Source: Patescibacteria group bacterium (lineage in GTDB: Bacteria; Patescibacteriota; Doudnabacteria; UBA920; O2-02-FULL-48-8). Taken from it: DNA of 64,000 nucleotides. The DNA lies in assembly GCA_036278915.1 (NCBI GenBank), contig DASUKB010000002.1, positions 30,152-94,151 on the forward strand. The letters are read 5' to 3'. Of this stretch, positions 39,833-49,697 are shown in pieces; within the stretch, counting starts at the first letter, position 1; every line of letters begins with the position of its first letter. The position numbers and the translations under genes are program-made. The notes beneath the pieces are model-generated. The model was given only the letters and a program-made list of their open reading frames with translations, had not been told where the DNA came from and searched no databases.

Positions 39833-40405
39833 CTAAGCGGTTTCCTTGTGCTGCGGGGGATTTTTGATTTTATCATTTATTCGGATCAGTCTAACGACTT
39901 CCGCCACCAAGCGCTTTGGGTCTGAGTCAAACACAATCCGTTTGCGTCCTCGATGGGCGATTTTGAGGATTTTATCAATTTCCGTTTCAGCGCCACCTGT
40001 GCCAGTGAGCACACCCATAACGCGCTTATCCTCAAAAGCCGTGGTGAATTCATTAAGCGTGCCGATGCGGCCGCAGATGGTAATGACTGCATCCGCGGAC
40101 CGGGTCATAAGCATATTACGACCGGAATAATCAAAGCCGGTATAAATAATTAAATCCATGTATCTCGTGGGCAGATGATAGGTTTTTATGTGAGCTTGCT
40201 TGGACACCGCCGGTGACAGGCCAATCGAAATGCCTCCCGCCGCCTTGGCGCCGCGCGTAGCCCACTCCGGCACGCCAATAGTAGCGCCGGTTATGAGCAC
40301 GCAATTGTGTTTGGCGATTTGTCTGCCAACTTCATAGGCCTTTTTAAATGCGCCGGGAGCGCAATTGTTGATGGCCGAACCGGAAACTGCGATTTTGTAT
40401 TGCAT
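39833..40405 (-). CDS. TIGR00725/LOG-like Rossmann-fold (SLOG) protein
   Basis: GxGxxG-type motifs (ITGATIGVPEW, GGISIGLSP, TGTGGAETE); function uncertain. Confidence 0.5.
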   Translation of the reverse strand: MQYKIAVSGSAINNCAPGAFKKAYEVGRQIAKHNCVLITGATIGVPEWATRGAKAAGGISIGLSPAVSKQAHIKTYHLPTRYMDLIIYTGFDYSGRNMLMTRSADAVITICGRIGTLNEFTTAFEDKRVMGVLTGTGGAETEIDKILKIAHRGRKRIVFDSDPKRLVAEVVRLIRINDKIKNPPQHKETA

Positions 40406-40425
40406 GATCGTTATTTTATTTCCGT

Positions 40426-41361
40426 TTATCTAATTAGGTTTCTTAAAGCTCTGGCATTCTTATAAACATTATACCAAAGCGGTGAATAAATGATATCAAA
40501 CGCACCCGGCGAGGCGAGCTCAAACCCACCGAATGATTTTTTAAATCGCGTAATGCCGTTCCACGCGTGGTCTGTGGCAGCTCCTTCCGGTGCAATGCCG
40601 CCGAAATCGTAATACTTATAACCCAGACTTTGCGAAAGCTTTATGGCTTCCCAGTGCAGAGCAAACGGTGCCATCGCATCTTTCAGACGACTAGACGAGC
40701 CCCCATGCAAATAAGTTGCCGTGCTCCCAAACAAAGTCAAAAGCATGCAAGCCAAGGGCTCGCCTTGGTATTCGGCAATTAGGATTTTAATGTTCGGCCC
40801 TAAAGTTTCGAACATCTGCCAATAATAATTCTGCGGATGCAGCCGAAATTTGTTGCGTCCAGAGGTCTCAAGCAACAATTTGTAAACTGTGAGCAAATCG
40901 GATGCTCCCCCCTGCCGGACGGTAACCCCTTTGCGTGTAGCAAGCCCAATATTGTAGCGGGTTTTTGGTTTCATCCCGGCCAAGATCTGGTCTTCCGAAA
41001 CCTCCAAATCCAAAAGCCAACTGTGGTTGGGCTGGGTATCCTTCACAGCGCGAGGCAAACTTTGCTCAAGCTCCGGTTCGATGCGCGCAAACACGATCGA
41101 ATGGTTCAGACGTGACTGCTCAGCGAGATCTTTTCGCGCCGACTCAACATTGCCTAAGGGTCCGCGCGGGCAATAGACATAGCTTTTGCCGGCCATGAGC
41201 GGAATTTCCACGGCCTGATTGATGTAATCGGACCCTGCGAACCGGAACAGGCTAAACCCCAAGCTCTTTTGGAATTCGCCCCACTGCCACGACTGCAAAA
41301 TCGAGCCGTTAAGCTCGATGGTTTTTTTATCCCATGCATCTTGGCCTAAATTTGAAATCAT
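40426..41361 (-). CDS. FemAB-family peptidoglycan interpeptide-bridge aminoacyltransferase
   Basis: Two GNAT-like halves, TYLHGGSS and GITRFKKSFGG motifs; translationally coupled to ruvA (ATGA overlap). Confidence 0.65.
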   Translation of the reverse strand: MISNLGQDAWDKKTIELNGSILQSWQWGEFQKSLGFSLFRFAGSDYINQAVEIPLMAGKSYVYCPRGPLGNVESARKDLAEQSRLNHSIVFARIEPELEQSLPRAVKDTQPNHSWLLDLEVSEDQILAGMKPKTRYNIGLATRKGVTVRQGGASDLLTVYKLLLETSGRNKFRLHPQNYYWQMFETLGPNIKILIAEYQGEPLACMLLTLFGSTATYLHGGSSSRLKDAMAPFALHWEAIKLSQSLGYKYYDFGGIAPEGAATDHAWNGITRFKKSFGGFELASPGAFDIIYSPLWYNVYKNARALRNLIR

Positions 41362-41921
41362 TTTTGCAAATTTTTTAAGGCCAGTTTAATTTTATCCTGC
41401 ACTGATTTTGATTCGGGGACATTCTTTAATGCTTCGCGAGCCTGCTGTTCCCTATAACCCAGTGTCATAAGCGCTTCCAGCGCGTCCGAGTGCTCAGCCG
41501 CAATTGGGGTGGCATTGCCTTGGCTCTTAAGTTTTTCGCGCAGCTCAACAATAACTCTTTCGGCAGTTTTTGTCCCAATCCCTGAAACTTTCTTAAATAA
41601 TCCGGCATCGCCGGAGGCAATCGCAGACTTAATCATATCCAATGATGAGACTGACATAATACCGAGCGCGGACTTGGGCCCAACTCCGGATACGGTGAGC
41701 AGCAACTCAAAAAATTCAAGCTCATTTATATTGGAGAAGCCATAAAGAGTGATCTGGTCTTCTCTGACATAAGTATGGATGACAAAACTTGCTGCGCTGC
41801 CCACTTTGGCTTCAAAGTGCTGCGGCGGCGTGACAAAAACCTTATATCCCACCCCGCCTGTTTCCACAATAAGAAACCCGGTGCCTTTGTGTTGAATTTT
41901 CCCCGCAATTGAACCTATCAT
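41358..41921 (-). CDS. ruvA: Holliday junction DNA helicase RuvA
   Basis: OB domain plus two HhH motifs (VSGVGPKSALGI, VSGIGTKTAERV) and C-terminal RuvB-interaction domain. Confidence 0.9.
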   Translation of the reverse strand: MIGSIAGKIQHKGTGFLIVETGGVGYKVFVTPPQHFEAKVGSAASFVIHTYVREDQITLYGFSNINELEFFELLLTVSGVGPKSALGIMSVSSLDMIKSAIASGDAGLFKKVSGIGTKTAERVIVELREKLKSQGNATPIAAEHSDALEALMTLGYREQQAREALKNVPESKSVQDKIKLALKNLQK

Positions 41922-42011
41922 AAATGGATTATATCATTTTCAAGCATATCGCTCTATACAGAGCTTGGGTGAATTTGTTACAATACAATTTAGTTTAAAT
42001 CTCAATTATTT

Positions 42012-44012
42012 ATGCCATTCAAACTTCACTCTCCATTCCAACCCTCCGGTGATCAGCCGCAGGCCATAGAGAAACTCGTCAAAGGTCTGGGAAAAAAATA
42101 CCGCTACCAGACGCTTTTGGGCGTGACCGGCTCGGGCAAAACTTTCACCATGGCCAATATCGTGGCACAAATCCAGCGGCCGACTTTGGTGATTTCCCAC
42201 AACAAAACTTTAGCCGCGCAGCTGGCGAGCGAATTCCAGGATTTTTTTCCGGACAACGCAGTCCACTACTTCGTATCTTATTACGATTATTACCAACCGG
42301 AGGCTTACATTCCCCGCTCCGACACTTACATCGAAAAGGAAACGGAAATCAACGAGGAGATAGACAAACTTCGCAACGCCGCCACCCAAAGCCTGCTTTC
42401 CCGGTCCGATGTGCTCATCGTGGCTTCGGTTTCATGCATTTATGGTTTGGGTAATCCGGGCAATTACCTGGAACTGTCGATTCCCCTGAAAGTCGGAATG
42501 TCGATTAAGCGCGACAAGTTCCTTCGCCGACTGACCGACCTGCAATTTGGACGAAACGATATAAATCTGACGCGCGGCGCCTTTCGCGTGCGCGGCGATA
42601 CTATTGAACTCATCCCTTCCTCCGCGGACAAAATCTTGCGCATCAATTTTTTTGGCGACGAAATTGAAAAAATTTCCGAGCACGACCCGCTCACCGGCGA
42701 AGATTTTGGCACGCGCGAGGAGCTGACGATTTTTCCGGCCAAACATTTCGTAACCCCGCGCGAGAAGATGCTCTCGGCCATAGAAAACATCCGCTCCGAA
42801 ATGGCCGCCCAGGTCAAATTTTTCAAATCACAGGGAAAAGAAATAGAAGCACAGCGCATAGAACAGCGCACCAACTTTGATATCGAGATGATGCTTGAGA
42901 CGGGCTACGTCAACGGCATTGAAAACTATTCGCGCCACTTGGACTCCCGCAAGCCCGGCGAGCCGCCCAGCACGCTGCTTGATTATTTTCCGGATGATTT
43001 TCTGCTGTTTATCGACGAGTCGCATATGACCCTGCCGCAAATTTCCGGCATGTACTTTGGCGACAAATCGCGCAAAGATACGCTCATCAATTACGGTTTC
43101 CGACTACCAAGTGCTGCCGACAATCGCCCGCTGCAATTTTCCGAATTTGAGAAAAAAATTGACCAGACAATCTTTGTCTCCGCCACTCCGTCCAAAGAAC
43201 GTGAACTGGCTATCTCCAAACAGGTTGCCGAGCAGCTCATCCGTCCGACTGGCCTGCTGGATCCGGAAATTGAAATTCGGCCGACCAAAAATCAGGTCGA
43301 CGACCTGATGGAAGAAATCCGCAAGCGCGTGACCAAAAAGCAAAGAGTGCTAGTGACTACTCTTACCAAAAACATGGCGGAAGAACTGTCGAATTATTTG
43401 AGTGAATACCGCATTCGCGTACACTACCTGCACTCGGAAGTGGACACGCTTAAGCGCCTGGAAATTTTACGCGATCTGCGCCTCGGCGTGTACGACGTGG
43501 TCGTGGGCATAAACCTTTTGCGCGAAGGTTTGGATTTACCCGAAGTCTCACTCGTGGCGATTCTCGACGCGGACAAAGAAGGTTTCCTGCGTTCCGAAAC
43601 GTCTTTGGTTCAGACTATGGGCCGGGCCGCCCGGCACGTTGACGGCCATGTGATAATGTACGCGGACAGAATCACGGGCTCTATGCAGCGGGCCATAGAT
43701 GAAGTCGCCCGCCGGCGCAAAATCCAGAAAAAATACAACCTTGACCACGGCATTACGCCCAAGGGAATTGAAAAAGCCATCAAAGAAACAAGACTGGCCG
43801 GCAAAAAACTGGAAGAAGAAAAAATGCAGGCGGTCAAAGACTTGGATCTGGCCAAAATGAGCAAACAGGATATCGCCTACGCCATCGAAGAGCTGCGCGA
43901 CCAGATGGATATGGCTTCAAAAAATTTAGATTTTGAAAAAGCCGGAGAGCTGCGCGACCAAATCGCGGCCATCCGCGCCAAAACCCGCATGAAGAAACAC
44001 AAATTTAGTTAG
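42012..44012 (+). CDS. uvrB: Excinuclease ABC subunit B
   Basis: Helicase motifs [10 protein letters not shown] and DESH, beta-hairpin, C-terminal UVR domain ([13 protein letters not shown]). Confidence 0.97.
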   Translation: MPFKLHSPFQPSGDQPQAIEKLVKGLGKKYRYQTLLGVTGSGKTFTMANIVAQIQRPTLVISHNKTLAAQLASEFQDFFPDNAVHYFVSYYDYYQPEAYIPRSDTYIEKETEINEEIDKLRNAATQSLLSRSDVLIVASVSCIYGLGNPGNYLELSIPLKVGMSIKRDKFLRRLTDLQFGRNDINLTRGAFRVRGDTIELIPSSADKILRINFFGDEIEKISEHDPLTGEDFGTREELTIFPAKHFVTPREKMLSAIENIRSEMAAQVKFFKSQGKEIEAQRIEQRTNFDIEMMLETGYVNGIENYSRHLDSRKPGEPPSTLLDYFPDDFLLFIDESHMTLPQISGMYFGDKSRKDTLINYGFRLPSAADNRPLQFSEFEKKIDQTIFVSATPSKERELAISKQVAEQLIRPTGLLDPEIEIRPTKNQVDDLMEEIRKRVTKKQRVLVTTLTKNMAEELSNYLSEYRIRVHYLHSEVDTLKRLEILRDLRLGVYDVVVGINLLREGLDLPEVSLVAILDADKEGFLRSETSLVQTMGRAARHVDGHVIMYADRITGSMQRAIDEVARRRKIQKKYNLDHGITPKGIEKAIKETRLAGKKLEEEKMQAVKDLDLAKMSKQDIAYAIEELRDQMDMASKNLDFEKAGELRDQIAAIRAKTRMKKHKFS

Positions 44013-44051
44013 GAAATAGTAAAGAGTAACGAGGAAGTAGGATTGACTTTG

Positions 44052-44080
44052 AAACGACGTCGTGCTACTATTTTTAAGCT
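44052..44080 (+). promoter_or_regulatory. Candidate rpsT promoter TTGACT-17 nt-TACTAT, lying inside an inverted repeat that encloses the leader
   Basis: ttgact at 44052..44057; tactat at 44075..44080. Confidence 0.3.
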
Positions 44081-44147
44081 TTGATAAGTTTTCGTGTCGC
44101 GAGACCTATCATTCTCATTACTATTTACTCGTTACTAATTACTATTT

Positions 44148-44411
44148 ATGCCAAATACAAAGTCGGCCATGAAGGCCATGCGGCAAAATCTCAAACGCCG
44201 CCAAATCAACCTCAAAGTTTTGGATTCAGTTAAGAAAACATCCAAAGCTGCACGCAAAGCCATTGCCGGAGGCAAGAAAGGCGACCTTAATAAGGCGCTA
44301 TCCGCCGCGTACTCCGCGCTCGATAAGGCTGCCAAGAAAAACGTCATCCACAAAAACACCGCCTCCCGCAAAAAATCCAGACTGGCAGCCATGGTTGCCA
44401 AAGTCAAATAA
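44148..44411 (+). CDS. rpsT: 30S ribosomal protein S20
   Basis: MPNTKSAMKAMRQNLKRR...Lys/Ala-rich, 87 aa. Confidence 0.9.
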   Translation: MPNTKSAMKAMRQNLKRRQINLKVLDSVKKTSKAARKAIAGGKKGDLNKALSAAYSALDKAAKKNVIHKNTASRKKSRLAAMVAKVK

Positions 44412-44413
44412 AA

Positions 44414-44445
44414 TTACCCCGGATTCATTCCGGGGTTTTTATTTG
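44414..44445. terminator. Intrinsic terminator ccccgga-ttcat-tccgggg followed by TTTTTATTTG
   Basis: Perfect 7-bp GC stem plus T-run after rpsT. Confidence 0.6.
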
Positions 44446-44479
44446 TATAAAAACAGCACGTCACAAGTCCTCTTAGGCG

Positions 44480-45181
44480 TTACGGTTCGAGGACAATTTG
44501 GTTGTCTACAATTTTGAATTTAAATACCCCTAACTTACCCGTATACGGATAACTGAATGTGAACTCAGTTAAATCTGGCGGTACTATAAAATTAAGTTTT
44601 TGGTCCATGTAAGTAACATCGGCCTGCATCGAACAGCCACCCGAAGCAACGAAATAAAATTGCCGATTGTTGGGTCCAAAAAAATCATTTTGAGCATCGA
44701 CGCGCCTCAATTGTGGCAGCGATGCACAGCCCGCTGTAGGTGAAAAGATTTTTAACCCGAATGACACACCAGGCACAATATCGCCAACTTTATAATTAGT
44801 GCTCTCAGGAGAAATAAGAGCATTTAATTTATACTTGCCATAACTGATACTAGTAATCGTATATTGGACATCCTGCTCTTTCCAAGTAATTGCTTGACTG
44901 GGATTCAAATTCAAAGTGACAACCGACTGAGGCGATAAAGTATTTACATTATAGTCATAATCATTGTTACTGAGTTGAACAGGAGCAGAGACATTGTGGG
45001 CTGTGGTCTGCATGGTCGCTTGATCAGCAAGTTTAGTCTGGTACGTTGGAATATTTCCAAAGTAAAAAATTCCTGCCACCAAAAGCGCGGTCAGAATGTT
45101 AGTTAGAATCATTAACCGTATGGTGTGGAACCTTGCCGTTGATTGTAAATCTGGTTTCGGGGGCTGTGGAATATTTTCCAT
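44480..45181 (-). CDS. Hypothetical membrane-anchored extracytoplasmic protein (233 aa); its N-terminus MENIPQPP is shared with the 29955..30530 gene
   Basis: N-terminal tail plus one TM helix, Gln/Thr/Asn-rich beta-rich ectodomain, two Cys. Confidence 0.45.
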   Translation of the reverse strand: MENIPQPPKPDLQSTARFHTIRLMILTNILTALLVAGIFYFGNIPTYQTKLADQATMQTTAHNVSAPVQLSNNDYDYNVNTLSPQSVVTLNLNPSQAITWKEQDVQYTITSISYGKYKLNALISPESTNYKVGDIVPGVSFGLKIFSPTAGCASLPQLRRVDAQNDFFGPNNRQFYFVASGGCSMQADVTYMDQKLNFIVPPDLTEFTFSYPYTGKLGVFKFKIVDNQIVLEP

Positions 45182-45247
45182 AAACTCATTATAGCATCAG
45201 CGATTGCTAGTGTTTACTAAAAATTAATTCAAGCATATGATTACGAC

Positions 45248-45781
45248 ATGGGAATAATTGCTATATTATTTTTGTGGCCATTCTTAATCATTGCCCTGGG
45301 CTTAGTCTTTGTAGCTTTCGGCAGCTTATTTAACATCGGACTTGCTTGGCTCTTTATATTTTTGGCATTGATCTTGTTGTTTATCTTAATTTCACAACAG
45401 AACAATCATCATTTCGCCAGTACAAAAACCCGCATGACTAGTTGGGAGGAATTGCACGTTTTACGGGAGATGGTTATTACTATGTCCATCAGCCTGCTGA
45501 TTCCTATCTTTACTCGGTATTTGCTTGATAGTTTTCATAAAAACCTTATTTCAGTAATTGCTGGATTAATCATCGGCTTTAGTCTTACCACTTGGGGTAT
45601 GTTTATTAAGAACAATAAGGTGTTAATGTACAGCAACATCTTCGGCGGCTCACTCACAATCATTTATGTTTATGTTCAACTCTGGGAATTAGGCTCGTTG
45701 GCTAGAGTTATTGCTGCGGCGTTTGGTTTAATTGCAGCAGTGACCATCTCCACGATTAAGTTAAAAGAGAAACTTTCATGA
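45248..45781 (+). CDS. Hypothetical integral membrane protein (177 aa)
   Basis: 5-6 TM helices; first gene of a two-gene operon (ATGA overlap with the next gene). Confidence 0.45.
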   Translation: MGIIAILFLWPFLIIALGLVFVAFGSLFNIGLAWLFIFLALILLFILISQQNNHHFASTKTRMTSWEELHVLREMVITMSISLLIPIFTRYLLDSFHKNLISVIAGLIIGFSLTTWGMFIKNNKVLMYSNIFGGSLTIIYVYVQLWELGSLARVIAAAFGLIAAVTISTIKLKEKLS

Positions 45782-46167
45782 CAACAGACAAAAACAGCCT
45801 TAAATTTATTTTTGGTCTAATTATTTTCATGTTTAGTTTGGCCTTGGCCTACTTTACTGCCTCTTATCTCTCCAAAGCATACACTATTGACTACTGGGGT
45901 GCACTTCTGATTTTTGGAGTTGTCTATATAGTCATTGGAATTATCATTTACCAGGTGTATGCAGTTAGTTTGGGTTTTTTGTTTGCCGCCTCAGTATTGG
46001 TTCTACATTTACTACTCGAAAATTTTGGCAATATCCCGAGTCCGGCCAAAACTCTCATCATTGGCGCTGTATTGGTTGTCCTCTATCTGGTCGCTTGGGA
46101 GAAGTTGGATGAAACCCAATCAGATAATCTTCCCCCAACTCCCCCTCCGACATCTCCAGTGAACTAA
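45778..46167 (+). CDS. Hypothetical integral membrane protein (129 aa) with proline-rich C-terminal tail (LPPTPPPTSPVN)
   Basis: 4 TM helices; the tail is encoded by cttcccccaactccccctcc, resembling the 5' module of the palindromic element. Confidence 0.45.
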   Translation: MTTDKNSLKFIFGLIIFMFSLALAYFTASYLSKAYTIDYWGALLIFGVVYIVIGIIIYQVYAVSLGFLFAASVLVLHLLLENFGNIPSPAKTLIIGAVLVVLYLVAWEKLDETQSDNLPPTPPPTSPVN

Positions 46168-46190
46168 ACCGCCGATCCGGCGGTTTTAAT
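46167..46190. terminator. Bidirectional terminator aaccgccg-atc-cggcggtt followed by TTAATTT
   Basis: Perfect 8-bp stem between convergent genes. Confidence 0.55.
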
Positions 46191-46649
46191 TTATGTAATC
46201 TTAAATTTTTTCAGATGTTTGAGGTCTTCCGAAAAGTAAAAATCTCCCGTGACTTTTTGCCCGGCTAAAACTTTGGGCAGCCAATGCCTATCATCGACCC
46301 ACATTTGATCATAGGGAATATCGGAAAGCGCAAACCACTGCGGACGCATCTCTTCGGTTTCCACAGGATCCTCTTGCCAATGGCGGCAAATAAACACTGA
46401 CACTTCCTGATTCCATTCGTGTTTCTGGTCAAAATAAAAATTTAACGTGGCCACGAATTCCAGATCGGATAATTGCGCCGTTACTCCAATTTCTTCCGAC
46501 ATCTCGCGAAGCGCCGTCTGCCCGATTACTTCGTTCGGCAATTGTTTGCCGCCATAACCATTCCACTTGCCGGCTCCAAACCCGCGCTTCTTCATGGCCA
46601 AAAGAATCTTGCTTTCCGAAAGCAGAAAGCACAGACTGGATCGCCTCAT
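46191..46649 (-). CDS. NUDIX hydrolase (MutT/8-oxo-dGTPase-like)
   Basis: Nudix box GGKQLPNEVIGQTALREMSEEIGV; overlaps the polA stop by 4 nt. Confidence 0.85.
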   Translation of the reverse strand: MRRSSLCFLLSESKILLAMKKRGFGAGKWNGYGGKQLPNEVIGQTALREMSEEIGVTAQLSDLEFVATLNFYFDQKHEWNQEVSVFICRHWQEDPVETEEMRPQWFALSDIPYDQMWVDDRHWLPKVLAGQKVTGDFYFSEDLKHLKKFKIT

Positions 46650-48970
46650 TTAATCTTTTCCATTTCATTCCAATTGTCCCCGGCTTTGACCTCGGCCACA
46701 ATTGGGACCTTCAATTTGAATACCGATTCCATAATTTCTTTAATCTTGGGCGCGTACTGTTTGATCTTATCGGCTTTGATTTCGAACACCAGTTCGTCGT
46801 GCACCTGCAGCAGCATCTTGCAGTCGTTATCGGTCACCTTTTTGTCAATTTCAAGCATGGCCATTTTGATGATGTCCGCAGACAGCGACTGGATGGGCGC
46901 ATTTACAGCCTGCCGCTCGGCCGCTGCGCGAATGGCAAAGATGGGCGAATTGATATCCGGATAAAAACGAAGTCGCCCAAGCAAATTTTTTGTGTGGCCC
47001 TTGCTGTGTGCTTGCTCAATTTGTCTATCAATATACTTTTTGAGTCCGGCAAAGACCTGGTAGTAGCGTTTAATGAAGTCCGCGGCCTCGGCCCGCGCCA
47101 TTTGCGAACGCGACGACAGGCCAAACGCGGACACGCCATAGAGCACTGAAAAATTTATAGTCTTGGCGTCGCGCCGCTGGTCAGGTGTTACCTGCGACTC
47201 CATGCAATTGAAAATCCTCGCGGCAGTGGCGGCGTGGAAATCCTTGCCAGATTTAAAAATTTTAAGCATTTCGGCATCCCCCGAAAGCGACGCGGCAATC
47301 CGCAGTTCAATCTGCGAATAGTCCACGGACAAAAGTTTCCAGCCGGCATCGGCGATAAATGCTTTGCGCACTTCCCGCCCGAGTTCCGTTCGAATGGGAA
47401 TGTTCTGCAAATTAGGGTTAGTAGAAGACAGTCGGCCCGTGGCTGCGATTGTCTGGCTGTATGTGGTGTGCACCCGCCCGTCGGCGGACGCTAGCTGCGG
47501 CAGAGCCTCAACGTAAGTTGACTGAAGCTTCGTCAGTTCGCGATATTCAAAAATAAGATCAATTATCGGATGTAGGCCTCGCATTTTTTCCAATTCCCCG
47601 GCGGCAGTCGAGAACCCACCCGACTTTTTATTTTTCTTTAAATTCTCCGCCGGGATATGCAATTTTTCAAACAAAACTTCCTGCAGCTGCTTGGGTGAAG
47701 AGATGTTAAACTCTCCGCCGAGCTTGTGGATTTGCTTGGTGATTTTTTGAATCCGCGTGTTTAACTGCTGCTTAAGTTCTGCCAGCCACAGCAGATCCAG
47801 TTTAACTCCGTAGCCGGTCATGCGAACCAGGACATCCGTGAGCGGCAGTTCAATTTTGGTAAAGATTTCAAGTAATTTTTGGTCCCGCAATTCCTGTTCC
47901 AAAATTTTCCAGTCAGAATTGACCCGGTCTTCATAGTCGCGCATGCCGGGGTTGAGTAGATACGCGGCTAACACGGCCTGCTCTCGGGTTTGTACAAGCT
48001 TTGAGGTTTGAGTGATTACCTTTGGGGGCAAACTTTGGATTTTTTCAGCTGCAGCGGCTGATAATTTTGGCAGTTTGGGAATCAAAGATTTGATATTGAG
48101 CTCGCTGAAAAGTTCCAAAACTTTGGCCTGATCGTAATCGGAAAGTTTGGTAGCTGCAAAATCAAACTCTCCGCCAGAGGCGGATCCGCCTACGGCGGAC
48201 AGACTCCCATTCGTGTCGATGTGCCCCAATTTTTTGGACAGATACGCGTAGTGCTCCCCTGCCGCCAGTTTCCCAAGCACTCCGGCGCGGATGCCTTTGT
48301 CGTTTTTGTGCACCGCGGCATAAAGTTTGTCCAAAGTACTGTAGTTTTGGATAAGCTCGAGTGCGGTTTTCTCACCAATGCCAGGCACCCCCGGAATATT
48401 GTCGGAGGCATCGCCTTTGAGCGCCTTAAGATCCACCCACTGGTCGGGGCGCAGGCCAAATTGTTTTTTCATTTCCGTTTCGTCATAAATAATGACGTCG
48501 GTAAAGCCCTTTTTGAACCGGTAGACTACCGTGTTGGAGTTTATCAACTGCAGCAAATCCATATCGCCAGTGGCGATGATATTTTGGATATCGTTTGGGG
48601 TTTTACGCGAAATTATCCCAAGTAAATCATCTGCCTCAAATCCAGGCTTTTCGTATACTGGCACTTTTAGCGCCTGTAAAATTTCTTTGACCCGAGGGAG
48701 CTGCAGCATCAAATCATCGGGCGTGGGTTTACGGTGCGCCTTGTAGTCGCCAGAAAGTTTGTCACGGAATGTCGGACCGCGCACGTCAAAAGTCACGAGC
48801 ACGTGCGTGGGCTTTTCATCCTCCAAGGCCTTAAGGAACATGCTGAAAAATCCAAAAATCGCGCCTGTGGGAAAGCCGCGGGAATTAGAAAGGTTCGGCA
48901 GCGCGTGGTAGGCGCGGTACAAAAGTGCATGCCCGTCAAACATCAATAATTTCTTTTTAGGTTGAGACAT
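46646..48970 (-). CDS. polA: DNA polymerase I (5'-3' exonuclease plus polymerase; 3'-5' exonuclease region degenerate)
   Basis: FEN N-terminus (LLMFDGHALLYRAYHA), Pol A motifs (DYSQIELR, RRDAKTINFSVLYG, QVHDELV), 774 aa. Confidence 0.93.
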   Translation of the reverse strand: MSQPKKKLLMFDGHALLYRAYHALPNLSNSRGFPTGAIFGFFSMFLKALEDEKPTHVLVTFDVRGPTFRDKLSGDYKAHRKPTPDDLMLQLPRVKEILQALKVPVYEKPGFEADDLLGIISRKTPNDIQNIIATGDMDLLQLINSNTVVYRFKKGFTDVIIYDETEMKKQFGLRPDQWVDLKALKGDASDNIPGVPGIGEKTALELIQNYSTLDKLYAAVHKNDKGIRAGVLGKLAAGEHYAYLSKKLGHIDTNGSLSAVGGSASGGEFDFAATKLSDYDQAKVLELFSELNIKSLIPKLPKLSAAAAEKIQSLPPKVITQTSKLVQTREQAVLAAYLLNPGMRDYEDRVNSDWKILEQELRDQKLLEIFTKIELPLTDVLVRMTGYGVKLDLLWLAELKQQLNTRIQKITKQIHKLGGEFNISSPKQLQEVLFEKLHIPAENLKKNKKSGGFSTAAGELEKMRGLHPIIDLIFEYRELTKLQSTYVEALPQLASADGRVHTTYSQTIAATGRLSSTNPNLQNIPIRTELGREVRKAFIADAGWKLLSVDYSQIELRIAASLSGDAEMLKIFKSGKDFHAATAARIFNCMESQVTPDQRRDAKTINFSVLYGVSAFGLSSRSQMARAEAADFIKRYYQVFAGLKKYIDRQIEQAHSKGHTKNLLGRLRFYPDINSPIFAIRAAAERQAVNAPIQSLSADIIKMAMLEIDKKVTDNDCKMLLQVHDELVFEIKADKIKQYAPKIKEIMESVFKLKVPIVAEVKAGDNWNEMEKIK

Positions 48971-49085
48971 AAAGTGACCTTATCATACCAAAAATCACTT
49001 GAGCTGTCCCCGATTGGGCAATCCGCCGATTGAACGAAAGTTTGGCAACATTTACCATTGATCTATTATCATTAATCTTAAATAT

Positions 49086-49655
49086 ATGCCGCAAGAATCA
49101 GTAGAAAACTTACAAGATCTTCTGGTTATAAAACTGCAAGCGCTCTACGACACGGAGCAGCAGCTTGTGGAGGCGCTGCCGAAAATGGCCACCGCCGCAA
49201 CGGACGAGGATCTCAAAAAAGCTTTCGAAAGCCATTTGGAAGAAACCCGCATGCACGTCAAAAACCTGGAACAGGCCTTTAGTGAACTCGAGCTTACACC
49301 CGAAGCGCTTCCGGGAAATGCTATCCGCGGTTTGGTTTCGGATACAGAATGGTGTATCGACCATATCAAAAATGCCAAAACCCTGGATGCGGCGTTGGTA
49401 GCCGCCGGCCAAACAGCCGAGCACTATGAAATGGCTGAGTACGCCGCAGCCCAAGGCTTTGCGGTTACTATGGGGCACACGCAAGTCGAGACCCTGCTTT
49501 CCGAAAACTACCTGTCGGAAAAAGAAGCATCTGAAAAACTCAAGGGCCTGGCTATGGCCAAACTCAATGATGCAGCCAACGACGTGGTTGAAGAAGAAAG
49601 CGTAATTGACAAAGGCAAGGAATTTTTGGGCAAACTGGAAACAGGAAGCGTTTAG
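49086..49655 (+). CDS. Ferritin-like YciE/DUF892-family protein
   Basis: LQDLLVIKLQALYDTEQQLVEALPKMA and a second helical repeat typical of DUF892. Confidence 0.7.
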   Translation: MPQESVENLQDLLVIKLQALYDTEQQLVEALPKMATAATDEDLKKAFESHLEETRMHVKNLEQAFSELELTPEALPGNAIRGLVSDTEWCIDHIKNAKTLDAALVAAGQTAEHYEMAEYAAAQGFAVTMGHTQVETLLSENYLSEKEASEKLKGLAMAKLNDAANDVVEEESVIDKGKEFLGKLETGSV

Positions 49656-49660
49656 ACATA

Positions 49661-49688
49661 AAAAGCTCCGGACAGGAGCTTTTTTAAT
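49661..49688. terminator. Bidirectional terminator aaaa-gctcc-ggaca-ggagc-tttttt
   Basis: Hairpin with flanking A- and T-runs between convergent yciE-like and pilB. Confidence 0.55.
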
Positions 49689-49697
49689 CTTGATATT

